A stretch of 64,000 nucleotides of DNA from Mizuhopecten yessoensis (lineage: Eukaryota): contig NW_018408465.1 of NCBI RefSeq assembly GCF_002113885.1, positions 3,309,898-3,373,897 on the forward strand. The letters run 5' to 3'. Below are positions 45,101 to 56,600 of the stretch, piece by piece (the stretch's first letter is position 1; every line of letters starts with the position of its first letter). The notes under the pieces are model-generated. The model was not told the origin of the DNA. It was given only the letters and a program-made list of their open reading frames with translations, and searched no databases. Position numbers and translations under genes: made by a program.

Positions 45101-46078
45101 GAGAATCTTCTTGGACTGTCGGACAACAGGAGTCACTTCGTCGTTTGGAGTCTCGTCAATGGACACGTGGTTCGGAGGATCAAACCAAACCGTGAAATCG
45201 TTCAAAAATCACCATCAAGTACCGACAGAGTATTGAGCATTCGAAACTCCACGGAAGTGATGACGCCTTGGGATCGCCGGGCGGAATCATCATCGGCGAA
45301 ACAACGACGTCGCGAGGATGAATTGGACCAGGAGCGGAAACGTCACGAGGAACTTAAGAAAGAGAAAGACAATGGAATCGAACAATACATCATAAGTGAA
45401 AACCAGAACATTGCCGTAGCATCTTACTTCGCTCATCATCTTTGCGTGTTTGATATCGTAAACGAGAAGCATCTGCACATCATCGAAACTCCATTTTCAA
45501 TGTTGTTTCTGCATAGTGCTGCTCTGACGCCGGACGGCATCTTCCTCGTCTTGCCGAACTACGACGAGGAGACAAAGACCAGTTATGTGACGATGTGGGA
45601 CTGTACTACAGGGCAGATAAAGAAGCGTCTCAAAAACGAGAGCAATGTAATGGCGCTGGCAATCCTGAATGACGGATCTAGAGTCATTATCGGACGCGGT
45701 AAGAATGAACTGCATATCTGGGATCCAATGTCTGCCAACGGTCTGAGAAAGATAAAAGGTTATCCCGGCCTGCAGTTCAATGCGGACAGCCAGATATTCG
45801 TCACAAACGGAGGTACCCAGGCAGTGGTAATTGCTGGGGACATCTCCGTGTGGGACTTAGAGCGAGGGGTGGTATTAGCGGTGTTCACGCCCGACATGAA
45901 AATAAACTGCTGTAAAGTCGCAATGGATGGTCAGCTCATCACCTTTGGACTTCACGATATCCCGGATGTCGTCGTTCTTCGTTTAGCTAACAAAGATACG
46001 CCGTCTTTAGAAATCCTGGGAGAAGACATCATGGGGGAAAAGGTGGAGGAAACGGACGATGAAGAGGAAGACGATTAA
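33047..46078 (+). CDS. NWD2: NACHT domain- and WD repeat-containing protein (NWD1/NWD2 family), ~2100 aa, multi-exon
   Basis: Phase-consistent GT-AG exons: 33047-33163, 34301-34378, 35431-35553, 36333-37101, 37346-37548, 37705-38132, 38315-38466, 38885-39099, 39351-39577, 40293-40451, 40771-40900, 41823-41922, 42507-46078. Motifs: DUF4062-like [14 protein letters not shown]...LREYC...YDLHWG, Walker A GKAGCGKT, Walker [12 protein letters not shown]40 repeats (GHSEPITAM...[11 protein letters not shown]). The NWD1 versus NWD2 assignment is uncertain. Confidence 0.88.
33756..33948. mobile_element. Foldback/MITE-like palindromic element (~85-bp inverted arms) in an NWD intron
   Basis: tctattccgccttttcgtattgcagagttatctgctcttg... 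pairs with ...caagagcagataactctgcaatacgaaaagacggaataga; TA at both ends. Confidence 0.85.
34301..34378 (+). CDS. NWD gene internal exon (AAESHWQ...VNHLR)
   Basis: ttacag|GCT ... AGG|gtaggt; 78 nt, phase 0/0. Confidence 0.7.
35431..35553 (+). CDS. NWD gene internal exon (RKMNKRLQQ...GSVKM)
   Basis: ttaacag|AGG ... ATG|gtgagt; 123 nt, phase 0/0. Confidence 0.72.
36333..37101 (+). CDS. NWD gene exon: low-complexity N-terminal extension and start of the DUF4062-like domain
   Basis: ttgcag|CCA ... ACA G|gtaat; lies within ORF 36264..37142. Confidence 0.85.
37346..37548 (+). CDS. NWD gene exon (DUF4062-like: DTLAEK...LREYC...DLHWG)
   Basis: cacag|AC ... CTC|gtgagt; conserved family motif. Confidence 0.9.
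37705..38132 (+). CDS. NWD gene exon (LLLGDKYG...[15 protein letters not shown])
   Basis: tcag|CTT ... AG|gtcagt; matches NWD-family motifs LGxKYG and WYxxDENxxPPxYxL. Confidence 0.9.
38315..38466 (+). CDS. NWD gene exon
   Basis: tttcag|T GCC ... ACT A|gtaagt; phases 2/1 fit the neighbouring exons. Confidence 0.85.
38885..39099 (+). CDS. NWD gene exon
   Basis: acag|TG ATT ... AAG|gtaaga. Confidence 0.85.
39351..39577 (+). CDS. NWD gene exon (...[14 protein letters not shown])
   Basis: taacag|GTT ... AG|gtactt; matches the family LxxEVxQHxxFC motif. Confidence 0.88.
40293..40451 (+). CDS. NWD gene exon with NACHT Walker A (FQGRKELL...GKAGCGKT)
   Basis: ctacag|A ACG ... GG|gtacga. Confidence 0.92.
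40771..40900 (+). CDS. NWD gene exon ([14 protein letters not shown])
   Basis: tttcag|A CAC ... ACG|gtgagt. Confidence 0.9.
41168..41354. mobile_element. Short MITE with tactgtaaa...tttacagta termini (TA-flanked)
   Basis: Terminal 9-bp inverted repeat, with internal repeats attagtgcat and aattaagcacaatat. Confidence 0.55.
41823..41922 (+). CDS. NWD gene exon with NACHT Walker B ([13 protein letters not shown])
   Basis: caacag|GAT ... TCA G|gtaact; not in the ORF track. Confidence 0.92.
42507..46078 (+). CDS. NWD gene terminal exon (3572 nt): NACHT C-terminal helical region and WD40 repeats
   Basis: tttcag|AT GAT ... WLPKELP ... to TAA at 46076-46078; covers ORF 42536..46078. Confidence 0.95.
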
Positions 46079-47570
46079 TCTGAACCTCATAAAAACGTGT
46101 GCCATAAGGCAAATTATGTCGTTAAATGATGTACATTAGTGGATAATGAAGGTTGGTGTTTTACCAGCCAAATATTCCTCGATGTGTGTTGTGGAAATGG
46201 AATACAAGGGGGGAATGTTTCACGTGAAGAAATCTTAAAAGAGAATTATAGTGACGGAAAGATAATTTGGGAGTTACCTGAAGACTGTCCACGTTGCCCA
46301 ATAGCACAATTATGGCTGTAGCCGGTCAAAACGTACCGTGTGAGACTACAAGCAACACTATGTTTTAGATAGATGTGACTTTCATTGAATTCATATTAGA
46401 AGTCGACCTTTTTTTTGAAATTCGAAACTAAATGTGAAAACCGCACGCCTGCTTAAATACTTAATATTTTGTAATATACCTGTACTTTCTTAATTCATAT
46501 CCATTGTTGGCCAACAACATAATCAAATAGCTACATTTAGTTTCCTTTTCATGGAATTGTATGTATTCCATCAAAGCCTACCAAAAGCAACACCAGCCAT
46601 TAACTGTTCATACATGTTTTCAATTCAACGTTTCTAGCATAATCGACAAGAATTTGTCTTGGAAAACGATTTTGGTGCTCAATCTAGCAAATTGTGTATG
46701 ATATATAAATACCCTATCTGTGATATAATAGCAAAATGTTGCTAACACTGGAACTCCTTGTTCATAAACATAGTGTATAGTCATGTGATTACTTGTTCAA
46801 ATGTTGATATTCTATCAATCACTTTACTGTAATACTGTCAAATAATGATAAGTGTTAATCTAAATTCAGACTTAATCTATTTGATAACAAGTGAAATATT
46901 TGAGATATCGATTTTTGACAATATAGAGGACTTGATTTTTCATGTAAATTAGCAAGGAGTCACACTCCATATGAAACACATATAGCCAATATTTATTACA
47001 TTTTCAGGAGTGAATAAACAGGAGCATTCACCGGTCTCTCAACTTACCCTATCATATTCCAAGTCAAAAAAAGAAAACAGTTTTATATTCCATGTCAAAT
47101 TTGTTAATGTTTGTCAAAAAAAAACCCAGCAGTTTCAGTGTGATTTGGAGAAATAACGTCTACAAAAAGAGTTTCAGATAATTTCAATAACGAGATTTAA
47201 TCAACATTTACGATGCATACATTTCAATCAAATGGTTTGCTATTCATTAGATGCGCGATTTGTGTAAATTTGTATCCTGTTTGGTCTAAATATAGTTTTT
47301 GTTATTTATAAACCATTATCAACAGAAATGAGCACAACAAAATTTGGGCTTGCTGCCAAAATCTCATAAAAATCGTATGTGTTGATTGTCTATAATTTTA
47401 AATTACTCCACAACAACATTTACTCAACAGAGCCGAACATAAAGGAGAGGTCTACCATTGTGCTTTTGTGACTTGAAGATTCATAAAGATATCATTACTG
47501 GCGGATTATTTGTTATTAAACACAACGTTGCCACAGAAACAAGTTGTATTTACTTTCGACTCTTCCTATC

Positions 47571-47662
47571 TTGACCCTTGCATCCCTATGTAACTTTTAG
47601 TAGACTCTACCATGCATTGATATTGATAAGTCCATTATGGTCTACAGGGGTGAAAGGGTTAA
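47571..47662. mobile_element. Tiny MITE remnant with ttaaccct/agggttaa-type termini in the putative NWD 3' UTR
   Basis: ttgacccttgcatccct ... aggggtgaaagggttaa form imperfect inverted ends. A similar right end lies at 58880-58897. Confidence 0.5.
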
Positions 47663-48054
47663 CATCCTAATTGTTATACCACTGCAATGAACCATATCAA
47701 TATTAAAGTCTGCCTAAAATTTACAAAATTCGTCTGTATCAAAACTTAACTTGAAATGGCAGGAGGAGAACAAATGTACCCATACATGCATCTTGGCTAG
47801 GCAAGGGTTACGATCCAGAGTAGGTAGATCGTACCAGATCATAACCCTTATTTATTACGTATGTTCTATCTACACAATTCCGTCCATTGTTATCAAGGTA
47901 TAAATTAATTGTCTATAATTCCGTCCATCCAAACTTTAATATGGATTAAGTATTAAGAAATTGTGATATCACTGTTTGATGCAATCATATACGTTTTATA
48001 ATATTTATATATACATTTGTATGGCAATATATCTTTATACATGTGCACCATAGA

Positions 48055-48060
48055 AATAAA
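48055..48060 (+). terminator. Candidate polyadenylation signal of the NWD gene
   Basis: AATAAA followed by a GT-rich tract (ttgagtttgttttt), ~2 kb after the stop codon. Confidence 0.45.
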
Positions 48061-48375
48061 TCTTATCAAGGAATACTTATTGAGTTTGTTTTTATATGAA
48101 GTGTTCTGTTTCTAAAGGATTAGTTTGGTAATAATGGCAGCATTGAATATTTTCAGAATTGACCTGCTCTCTGAATTACTTGTTTTAAAGTATAAAACCA
48201 TGTTTGACTTATAATAAATACTAAAGACATCCGAGAGAAATGGTTAGCTGCAGACTGAGACAACAGAATTGTTCTATTTCAGACCACAGCAGTACTAACT
48301 GACATAGAAAATGTTCCTGTAAAATAGATTACAGAAATATCTTCAGACAGTCAAACTCATAACACATTGGACTAG

Positions 48376-49617
48376 AACTAGAACACTGACAGGTCAGTAA
48401 GGGCCCCGTCTTGTGGCAATATATCCCCCATAATCACCAAGAAGCAACCTGTCCATATACATGTAGCTGAGCTTGACGTTTGACATTTGGGCTTCAAAAA
48501 GAATCGCAAGGAAGCAAAATATACATTTTGCTGGGCTAACAGAAATGTAAATACCGGTGCAATTATCTTTTGTTAGCTTTGATTTGTTTTATTTCACCTT
48601 ATTTACCTCCTCCATCAAGAGCAAGGGTCAAAGTCAGAGATCCACATTGTCTTCGACCTTTGGACCCAAAAGACCTTGACCATTAACCCAGTGACCCTGA
48701 TCTTTGGTCAGTTGACTTATTCTTTAATTCCGACCAACTTTGCTTCTTAATATCATAACAAAATGTTCATCAGTGAAAAATACAAAACTTGACCTTGACT
48801 CTTTGGACCCTGTAACCTGGATCAGTTGACTCTGTGTTAAATTCTGAACAACAATGATTCATAATGTCATAACAAAATGTTCATCAGGGAAAAGGTACAA
48901 AATTTAACCTTTACCTTTGTCCCAGTGACCTTGACCTTTGGTCAATTGACTCCTTGTTTAATTCTGAGCAACATTGCTTCAAAGTGTCATAGCGAAATGT
49001 TCACCAGTGAAAAGATACAAAATTTAACCTTGACCTTTGACCCAATGACCTTGACCTTTCATCAGTTGACTCCTTGTTTAATTCTGATCAACTTTGCTTC
49101 ATCATGTCATAACAAAATGTTCATCAGTGTAAAGATGTAAAATTTGACCTTGACCTTTGAATCTAATTACCTTGACCTTTGACCTCTACTTTTTATCTCA
49201 GTGTGTCTCTTTGTTTAATTCCGAACAACTTTGCTTCATAATGTCATAGCGAAATGTTCACCACTGAATAGCTACAAAATTTGACCTTGACCCCTGACCC
49301 GAAGACCTTGAACTTTGGTCAGTTGACTCATTGTTTAATTCTGATCAACTTTGCTTCATAATGTCATAACAAAATGTTCATCAGTGAAAAGATGTAAAAT
49401 TTGACCTTGACCTTTGAACCTTATGACCTTGACGTTTGACCTTGACTTTTTACCTCAATGTGTATTTTTGTGAACTGAACATCTTGACCAAGTTTCATGT
49501 ACATAGGTCAATAAATACCAAAGTTATCAGCCAGGAACAAAATTTGTGGACGGACAGACAGACAGACAGACAGAGTGATTACTATAGGGCACCCGTATCT
49601 CCGATACGGGGCCCTAA
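48376..49617 (-). mobile_element. Non-autonomous Helentron-associated element (HINE), second family
   Basis: The minus strand begins tagggccccgtatcggagatacgggtgccc (hairpin), followed by (gtct)n(gtcc) and ~120-bp internal repeats rich in tgaccttgacctttg. It ends gacggggccc, the palindrome actgac-ctgtcagt and ctagtt. Confidence 0.85.
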
Positions 49618-49971
49618 TTATATCTCATGGGATCCCTAGGAAGCAATCTACTCTAACAGTGTTAAAGATTTACACGGCGAGATACTATTGACAGGCGCCG
49701 ACGGCAAACTTATATCCGATAGAAAAAAGGCGGAACCAGCAGCCTCTTATGCTACAGGAGTAGGAAGCAATCTAGAAGTTTCACTTAAATACATTTCCTT
49801 AAATATATTCATTTTTTTGCAAATGTATAGATACCTATCCCCTGTGTTAAATTGGTTTCTGGAAAAATTGAAAGTCAACCTGAAATTAACAAACTGACAA
49901 AAATTCCATATACATGTACAAACTATGTGAATCAATAAAAGACCATAACAAAATTACTTCATGTTTATGAT

Positions 49972-49977
49972 TTTATT
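49972..49977 (-). terminator. Candidate polyadenylation signal of NAT10
   Basis: tttatt (AATAAA on minus), ~570 nt past the stop codon. Confidence 0.35.
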
Positions 49978-50177
49978 CATAGACATTGTCAAGTGTGTAT
50001 AAAGGTTATCTTAGATAACCCAGTAAAACAATAAACGTCTCTTTAACAGCTCTTCCTTGTCTCGTCCGTGTTCATTTCAAGGTTAATGTACAGCCAACAG
50101 ATTGTGTATCAATTTCAGTAAGTAATGAATCAGATAGGCGACAGATGACTTTAATGTTAAAACCTTATTTAAAATCT

Positions 50178-50535
50178 TTCTACTAACATTTGTTTTCAAC
50201 TGAATTGTGGCTAAATCAGACATTTATATCACAATAGTTGACTGGATCTAATGACAACGTCACCATGAAATCATCAATATTTACAGTGAATACAGAATCT
50301 ACTAACATTTGTTTTAAACTGAATTGTGGCTAAAACAAATATTTATATCACAATATTTGACTGGATCTAATGACAACGTCACCATGAAATCATCAATATT
50401 TACAGTGAATACAGAATCTACTAACATTTGTTTTAAACTGAATTGTGGCTAACACAGACATCTATATCACAATAATTGACTGGATCTAACGACAACGTCA
50501 CCATGAAATCATCAATATTTACAGTCAATACAGTA
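50178..50535. repeat. 119-bp tandem triplication in the NAT10 3' UTR, starting a few nt after the stop
   Basis: tactaacatttg recurs at 50181, 50300 and 50419. Confidence 0.93.
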
Positions 50536-50539
50536 TTTG

Positions 50540-50666
50540 TTAAGATTTATTGAACTTTTTGTTGTGATGTTTCTTTTTCTTTTTAAATTCTGGAGGCACA
50601 TCCTCATTGTCTACTGGTTTCTGCTCCTTTTGTTTTGCCTCTTCCATTTTCCTTTTCTTAAATCCA
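50540..50666 (-). CDS. NAT10: NAT10 last coding exon (GFKKRKMEE...KKKKKHHNKKFNKS*)
   Basis: tttgcag|T GGA; stop TAA at 50542-50540. Confidence 0.85.
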
Positions 50667-53600
50667 CTGCAAAAAAAAGAATTGAATGACTTAAACAATA
50701 CGACTTTTGTATGCAGATATTGTTTTTATTTCAGTAAATCCCCCCTCCTCCTCCCCCAAAACAACTTCTCACATTAGCTAAACTCCTATGGAGTTATCAC
50801 AAAAATATCACAAATAGAAGAATTTCACTTATTTTTAGTAGTAATAGGAACTATAGCTAGGGTTGTTGGGTGGCACAGTGGATAGCCCACTAGCCTTTCA
50901 CCTGGATATCCTACTAGCCTTTCACCAAGATTCCCCGATCGGACATGTAAATGTATTGGTTCACTTGTCCGACCACATGCGTTTTCTCCGGGTACTCCGG
51001 TTTCCTCCCACAATAAGACCCCCATGCGTTAACATCAGGGCCAACAAGAGTGATTAATATAAGTTGAAATAACTTGTTTCCTAATTGTTGTTAAATAAAG
51101 AAAGTTTACCTTTTTCTAACTATAGCTTTTCTTAATGCTTCACCCTTGTTATTTTTTGTTAGTGGAGGATAAGTTTGTCACAATCCGTTTGATTTAGGTG
51201 GCACTAGTAGTGAAACACATGATATATCCATATGCCTGCTTTAAATATTCCCAAACCTGCTCAGGCTTATCCCCATGAAGTAATTATCTGTTTTCCCAAA
51301 TCTTTTACACTTGCAGGTTTCAATATTTTACAAAAAAACTCAAACTTGCAAAGTTAGCAGAAATATATCATGCCGAAAATGCTCATCAGTACCCTAATGA
51401 TAAAGACACATAAACTATTTGGATGTAAGTTATTATAAGTCAGTTATAACAAGTAACTATTTAACCTAATTGTAAAGTTACCTTTTAATGCTAACAAGCC
51501 CTCTACCGCTCTTGCCGGTAAGGACTTTGTTCCAGTCCTGTTCTGTGCCCTGGATCTCAAACTCGGACAGGTCGACATCCTTCATCACCGCCAGGTCCTT
51601 CTTCTGTTGTTTCTTCTTCTCATCTTCTGCTCCCTCCTCCTGAAATAAAAATAAATAAATGTTTTTCAGTGAAAATAATTTCCAACAATGACTTAAATTC
51701 ATCATTATGTACTTACTCACTATACTGAAAACTTACTTGAAAGACTACACTTTTGTTTTAATTTTTGACAATTCCTTTTTGTCATTTAAAAAGGAACATG
51801 TATATATATATATATATATTACAGATGAATGTTATGATGAATTGTTAGTACAATAGGTATACCATGGTAGCCATTGTCAGGAGAAGGCCGATCTACTACT
51901 GGTAACAATTAAACAAGGAGCACACAATTTTTAAATTTTGTTGCTCCACTTGATCTTATTTTAGTGAAAAACAAATCACATTATTATTTGTGTTTATTTT
52001 AGTTCTGATCTAAATGTTTCACAATGGTTCTAACCATTATCTTATTTTATATTATACATACTGATGAAATATTAAGCTTCTATTGATGACAACATGGACA
52101 AAACTACCAGCAAATCCCTTTCTCTTACTTCAACAGCATTCATATATGGTTAAAATAACTCCTCTTATCTCACAATAAATTGGAATCAGTCCGAAGGAAA
52201 CCATATATTCTGGTTCAAAATCTCTAAACAAATCAGAATTACATAGTAGAAGCTTAAAGCTATACATCTAGGCTACATTCGCGTTTCCCGGTTGAAACGG
52301 TATGTGTGATGCAGAAATTTTCCACGATAAACAAACACACTTGGACCGTTCTATAAGCAGAGCTAAAAATCCACAGTTTCGGAGAATAAAAAACAGTGTT
52401 TCAAGAATATCATGACCTTCTTTCATCCGTCCACTGAATTACATAACGTAACTTAAAAACTACATGTGACTTGACATTGTTTAAGAAAGAAATAACGCAA
52501 ATTGGCAATAGTCAGCATTTTAGTTTCGGTCAGGTACGTCTGGACCCCTCAATCTACACGTACCAAATTTTTCTGAAGTCAGCCTCGGTCCAAATCTATA
52601 CCTGTCGTTTTCTTTACAGGTTCAACCGTTTCAACCGGTAACGCGAATGTACCCCTAGTTTATCCACTAGAAGGAAAGAAGTCCTACTTTGGGTGAAGAA
52701 TGTGACAGGAAAGAGAGTAATGTGGTTTCACTGTGGTTTGAACCGAGACCCCAGACTACCTAGTCGAATGCTCTACCACCGAGCGAAAGGGAAATTCCCT
52801 CTAGCGCTGCAAAGCAAGGAGTCAGCCGTTATCCTAAGTACAATCAAAATCTGCCATAGTAATATAGGAGTTATGCCCCTTACCAGATCCTCTTCCATTG
52901 TCTGTCTGACGGGTTCCATGGTGATTTCTTTCCGCTCCACCATGTCCTTGGCTATGTCTGTCTCCACTATCTCACTGAATTGCTGAATCAAGACATGAAA
53001 CTTTAGGTAAGTTTACTCATTAGTTATTGATTGGATAACAAAAAAAAAGAAATTGAAACTCTAAGATAGGTTCCATCTGATTTAGTGTTCAAAATCTGAT
53101 TTCTGTATCCTTGAATCATAAATATGGAAATATCTCATTTTTCATTGAGCTCCAGAATAATTACAGTTCAAACTCTTGGGGACATAAGATATTTTATGTT
53201 GTTCAAGAGACATCCCTTGTAAATGGACAAAATTATTACCTCATTATAAAAAAAAGTTCACAATTAGTGTGTGCATAGTAAACGCGCCTTTCTTCCCAGT
53301 TTTGTGTGTGTGTGAAATTAATGTTTTTCATGTCAACTACCATTTTGGTATCACTTTAGTATAAATGTGACAACATTCCTTATCATTATTTTACAAATGC
53401 TCTCCTGGAAGATCAATAGGATCTGTAAGGCCTGTATGAGGTAGACAGCACTATCTCAATATCTAAACCGAGGCTTTACAGAGGTCAAAAAGTTAAAAAT
53501 TATTCCAAGGGCTTATTTTTTGTCTCTTGTCCATCATTAGTATTTGTCTCCTCCACTAAAACCTCTCCCTACTTGAGGTGAAACAGATTTGTTTTTTCCT

Positions 53601-56600
53601 TTACCTAAAATGGGTAAATAAACTTAGTGTATGAAGAAAACATTACTTTTCATGTTGCTGTTTTTATTCAAAATATCCATACTATTATGATGAATTCCGA
53701 TCAGTTTACAGAAGCAAACACCTTTATCAAATATTTCAAATGTAATCACGGTCACAATACTTCTTTAAATTTGTCATTCACCCAAGTAAGAAAGACGATG
53801 TGCATGCTAATTACCTGGACAATCTTGCGTATAACTCTGCTGAAGAGTCCCAACAGCTGACTGGAAGGAAGGTCAAGGTCTTTCTCTAACTCATCCACAG
53901 TCTTGTGCTGTAGTCCCATGCCCAGTAGGATAGCCTACAATGAAGTAAAACTCCTGCATCAGGATAGCTAGAGAATTCAGGATAGCTTTAAACATACAAT
54001 GTAGCAAAACCTACCAGGAATAACCTGTTTTTATACAGTGTAACACACATCCTACATCAGGATAGTCTGCAATTACAATCTAGTAACACAATGGTCAATC
54101 TTTTTCCATGTCAGCAACTTCACATAACCCCTTTTTTCATGTGTGGTATAAAATGCATAACTTTGGTTCTGCTTAAAGAAAATTCCTCTTTGAACTATTT
54201 CTCCACACGATATGTTTAAGACAAGTTAATTTTTTCTGTTTATTATATGATTTGTTTTAACATTACTCTTTAGGCCTTATAGACTTAAAATTCTATTTAA
54301 ATATGTAATAAATATTGATTCGTATATATAAACACTGACCGACTGTACGGCGGAGAGGTGGATGTCAGCCTGGTCAAGGAAGAAGAGACGAGCAATGGTG
54401 GGTAGGAGGTCCATCACTAGATGGTAGTCCACCATGTTCTGGGAGTACAGCTCCAGCCGCTTCAGGTCATAGTTACTCAGGTACAGGTCAAGGTCTCTCT
54501 TGGACATTGTACCTGGTCAAACGAAGGCAAATGCACATACATGCATTACATAGAGATGGATTTATATCAGTTGTAAGACTTGTTTCCAGACCCTATTACC
54601 GCAATTATGTTTTGCATCATATTATACTGTAAACACGAAAAGAAACAAAATAAAGTTTATATCAAGGGAAAATAAACTTGCACCTAGCCAATAATTGGAG
54701 CCATGCATACAATATGGAAAAAAATCAACGCTTGGATTTCAAACAGATTTACTGTTCTGTAAATTCTTTAGATCATCACACTGAAAAACTAAAGCAGAAA
54801 TACATCATAATGGTCGGACACACTTTCCATAGTCAACCTATTAATTGAGAGCTTTTTTGAAATGTTCTACTTAATACACCTACAAATGAGCATGGTACAG
54901 TACCTTTGGCAGCTTTTTTGAAGTGTTTCTGTTGAAGTATACTCAGAGCCAAGGCAGGGGTGAAGTTCTTAAACTGGTAGGACATCAGAGACACAAACCT
55001 CCGCCGGAAATCTAAATCAAAACAAGTGTTTATATGAGGACATGTAAACAGTACTGTGAATCAATTGTATTTTGTGTTATTCCTAGCAAAACAAAATATT
55101 TAAGGCTGCCATACTTTATCTATACTTCTACATTTTCTTCTAATTTAGCATAATATAATATAGCACGCCATGAAGGGTCGCTATGAGAAGAACAGTAAAT
55201 ATTAAAGTTATTATTATAAGACTGTTTAGAGGTTTGACAGAATTCCCTTCCAGGAGTAGCACTGGCTTCTAAATCTATCATCGCAGACAATTTCAAACAT
55301 TCTTGACCTTGGGACTGATGGGGGACAAGATAAAACAAATATTGATACATGTTATTGTGCCAATAATAAACATTTCAAGGTTGGTTTTTTTCTTACAAAG
55401 ATTACAGGATTCAAATGTTTACGATTGTCTCTCACCTTTCCAAAAGGCACACAGCCAAGAATCTGTCCTCTTGTCCTCTTCATCCTCCTCCTCAGACTCG
55501 TTCAACATCTTCAGCATGATACACGAGTGCTCTCCGGTCAGGTCGTTCTGTAACCCACATTTACTCATTACACAGTGGAGAGCCGGGAAGTATATGGAGG
55601 AAAGACACTTTCAAGGATGACTACTCTTATGTCAGCTAAAATTTCTATCTCATTTTTTTTTTAATAAAGCTCTAAATGAAAAAACATGGGACCACCTTAC
55701 AAGGGAGAACACTCTGATAGGCACTTTCATCACTGAGTCTGATGATTAACGTATAAGCACTTGCAGATAAAAGGGACAGACTATCTGTTTTTGACCTTTG
55801 ACTTATGGTGAAAGTCACTGTGACCTAATTTCAGTACACTGCACACCTTCTGTGGTTTATGAATGTACACATTAGATTTCATGGAGATCATTTCAAAAGG
55901 TTTAAAGAACTATTACCCAGCTAGTAGAAAAGGAAGAACAAGAAAAATCAGTACTGAAAGAATGGGTCTCCCTTCTTTTTAAGTGCAGACAAAATCAAAT
56001 AATCGAGCATGCAGTAATTGTTTAAACAATTTCATTTAAATTATGAGAACAGAAATATTACTTACTGCTGTTTGTCTCAAGTAAACAGGAGTGAACTTTG
56101 ATTTCTTCCAAAACCTTCAATGAGAAAAACATATATATGTATGATCTTACATGAGTTAACATTTCATATGAGATTTATGAAACGAGTCTTCAGAATTTTT
56201 CAATTTAGCGAGTCTCGGGCGATTATTATCACATAATCAAGGTTTGTAGCATCTATTCGTGTAACACGTCAATTTTCATGCAACCTTGAAATTTAAAAAA
56301 AACGCCATTTTGACTCCAGTGCGTAAGTCTGTGACGTCATGTACTTGTCCTAGGCATGACCTCACAATTGAAACAATTGAAACTTACAACCGATCACACG
56401 GCTGATAGGTCATATTACTACACAAACATATATGACATGGGTATATACACTGGATAACACAGTACATTATGTGATAAAAAGGTTTATTTCTATGAACTAC
56501 AGAATGTAATGCCCATCTTACAAGTAGAAACCCACAAACTTGTACAGATTCGTTTTCTGAGTCTGACCAGCAGACTTTAAATAAGAGAAGGAATGCCTAA

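Noticed and set aside
43118-45715. Antisense ORFs inside the large NWD exon
   Set aside because: Shadow ORFs of a long coding exon.
48877-49639. ORFs 48877..49140 and 49436..49639
   Set aside because: Translations of HINE internal repeats (LTLTFDP pattern).
52700-52792. Functional tRNA gene
   Set aside because: A and B boxes are present but the acceptor and anticodon stems do not pair; treated as a SINE-like remnant.
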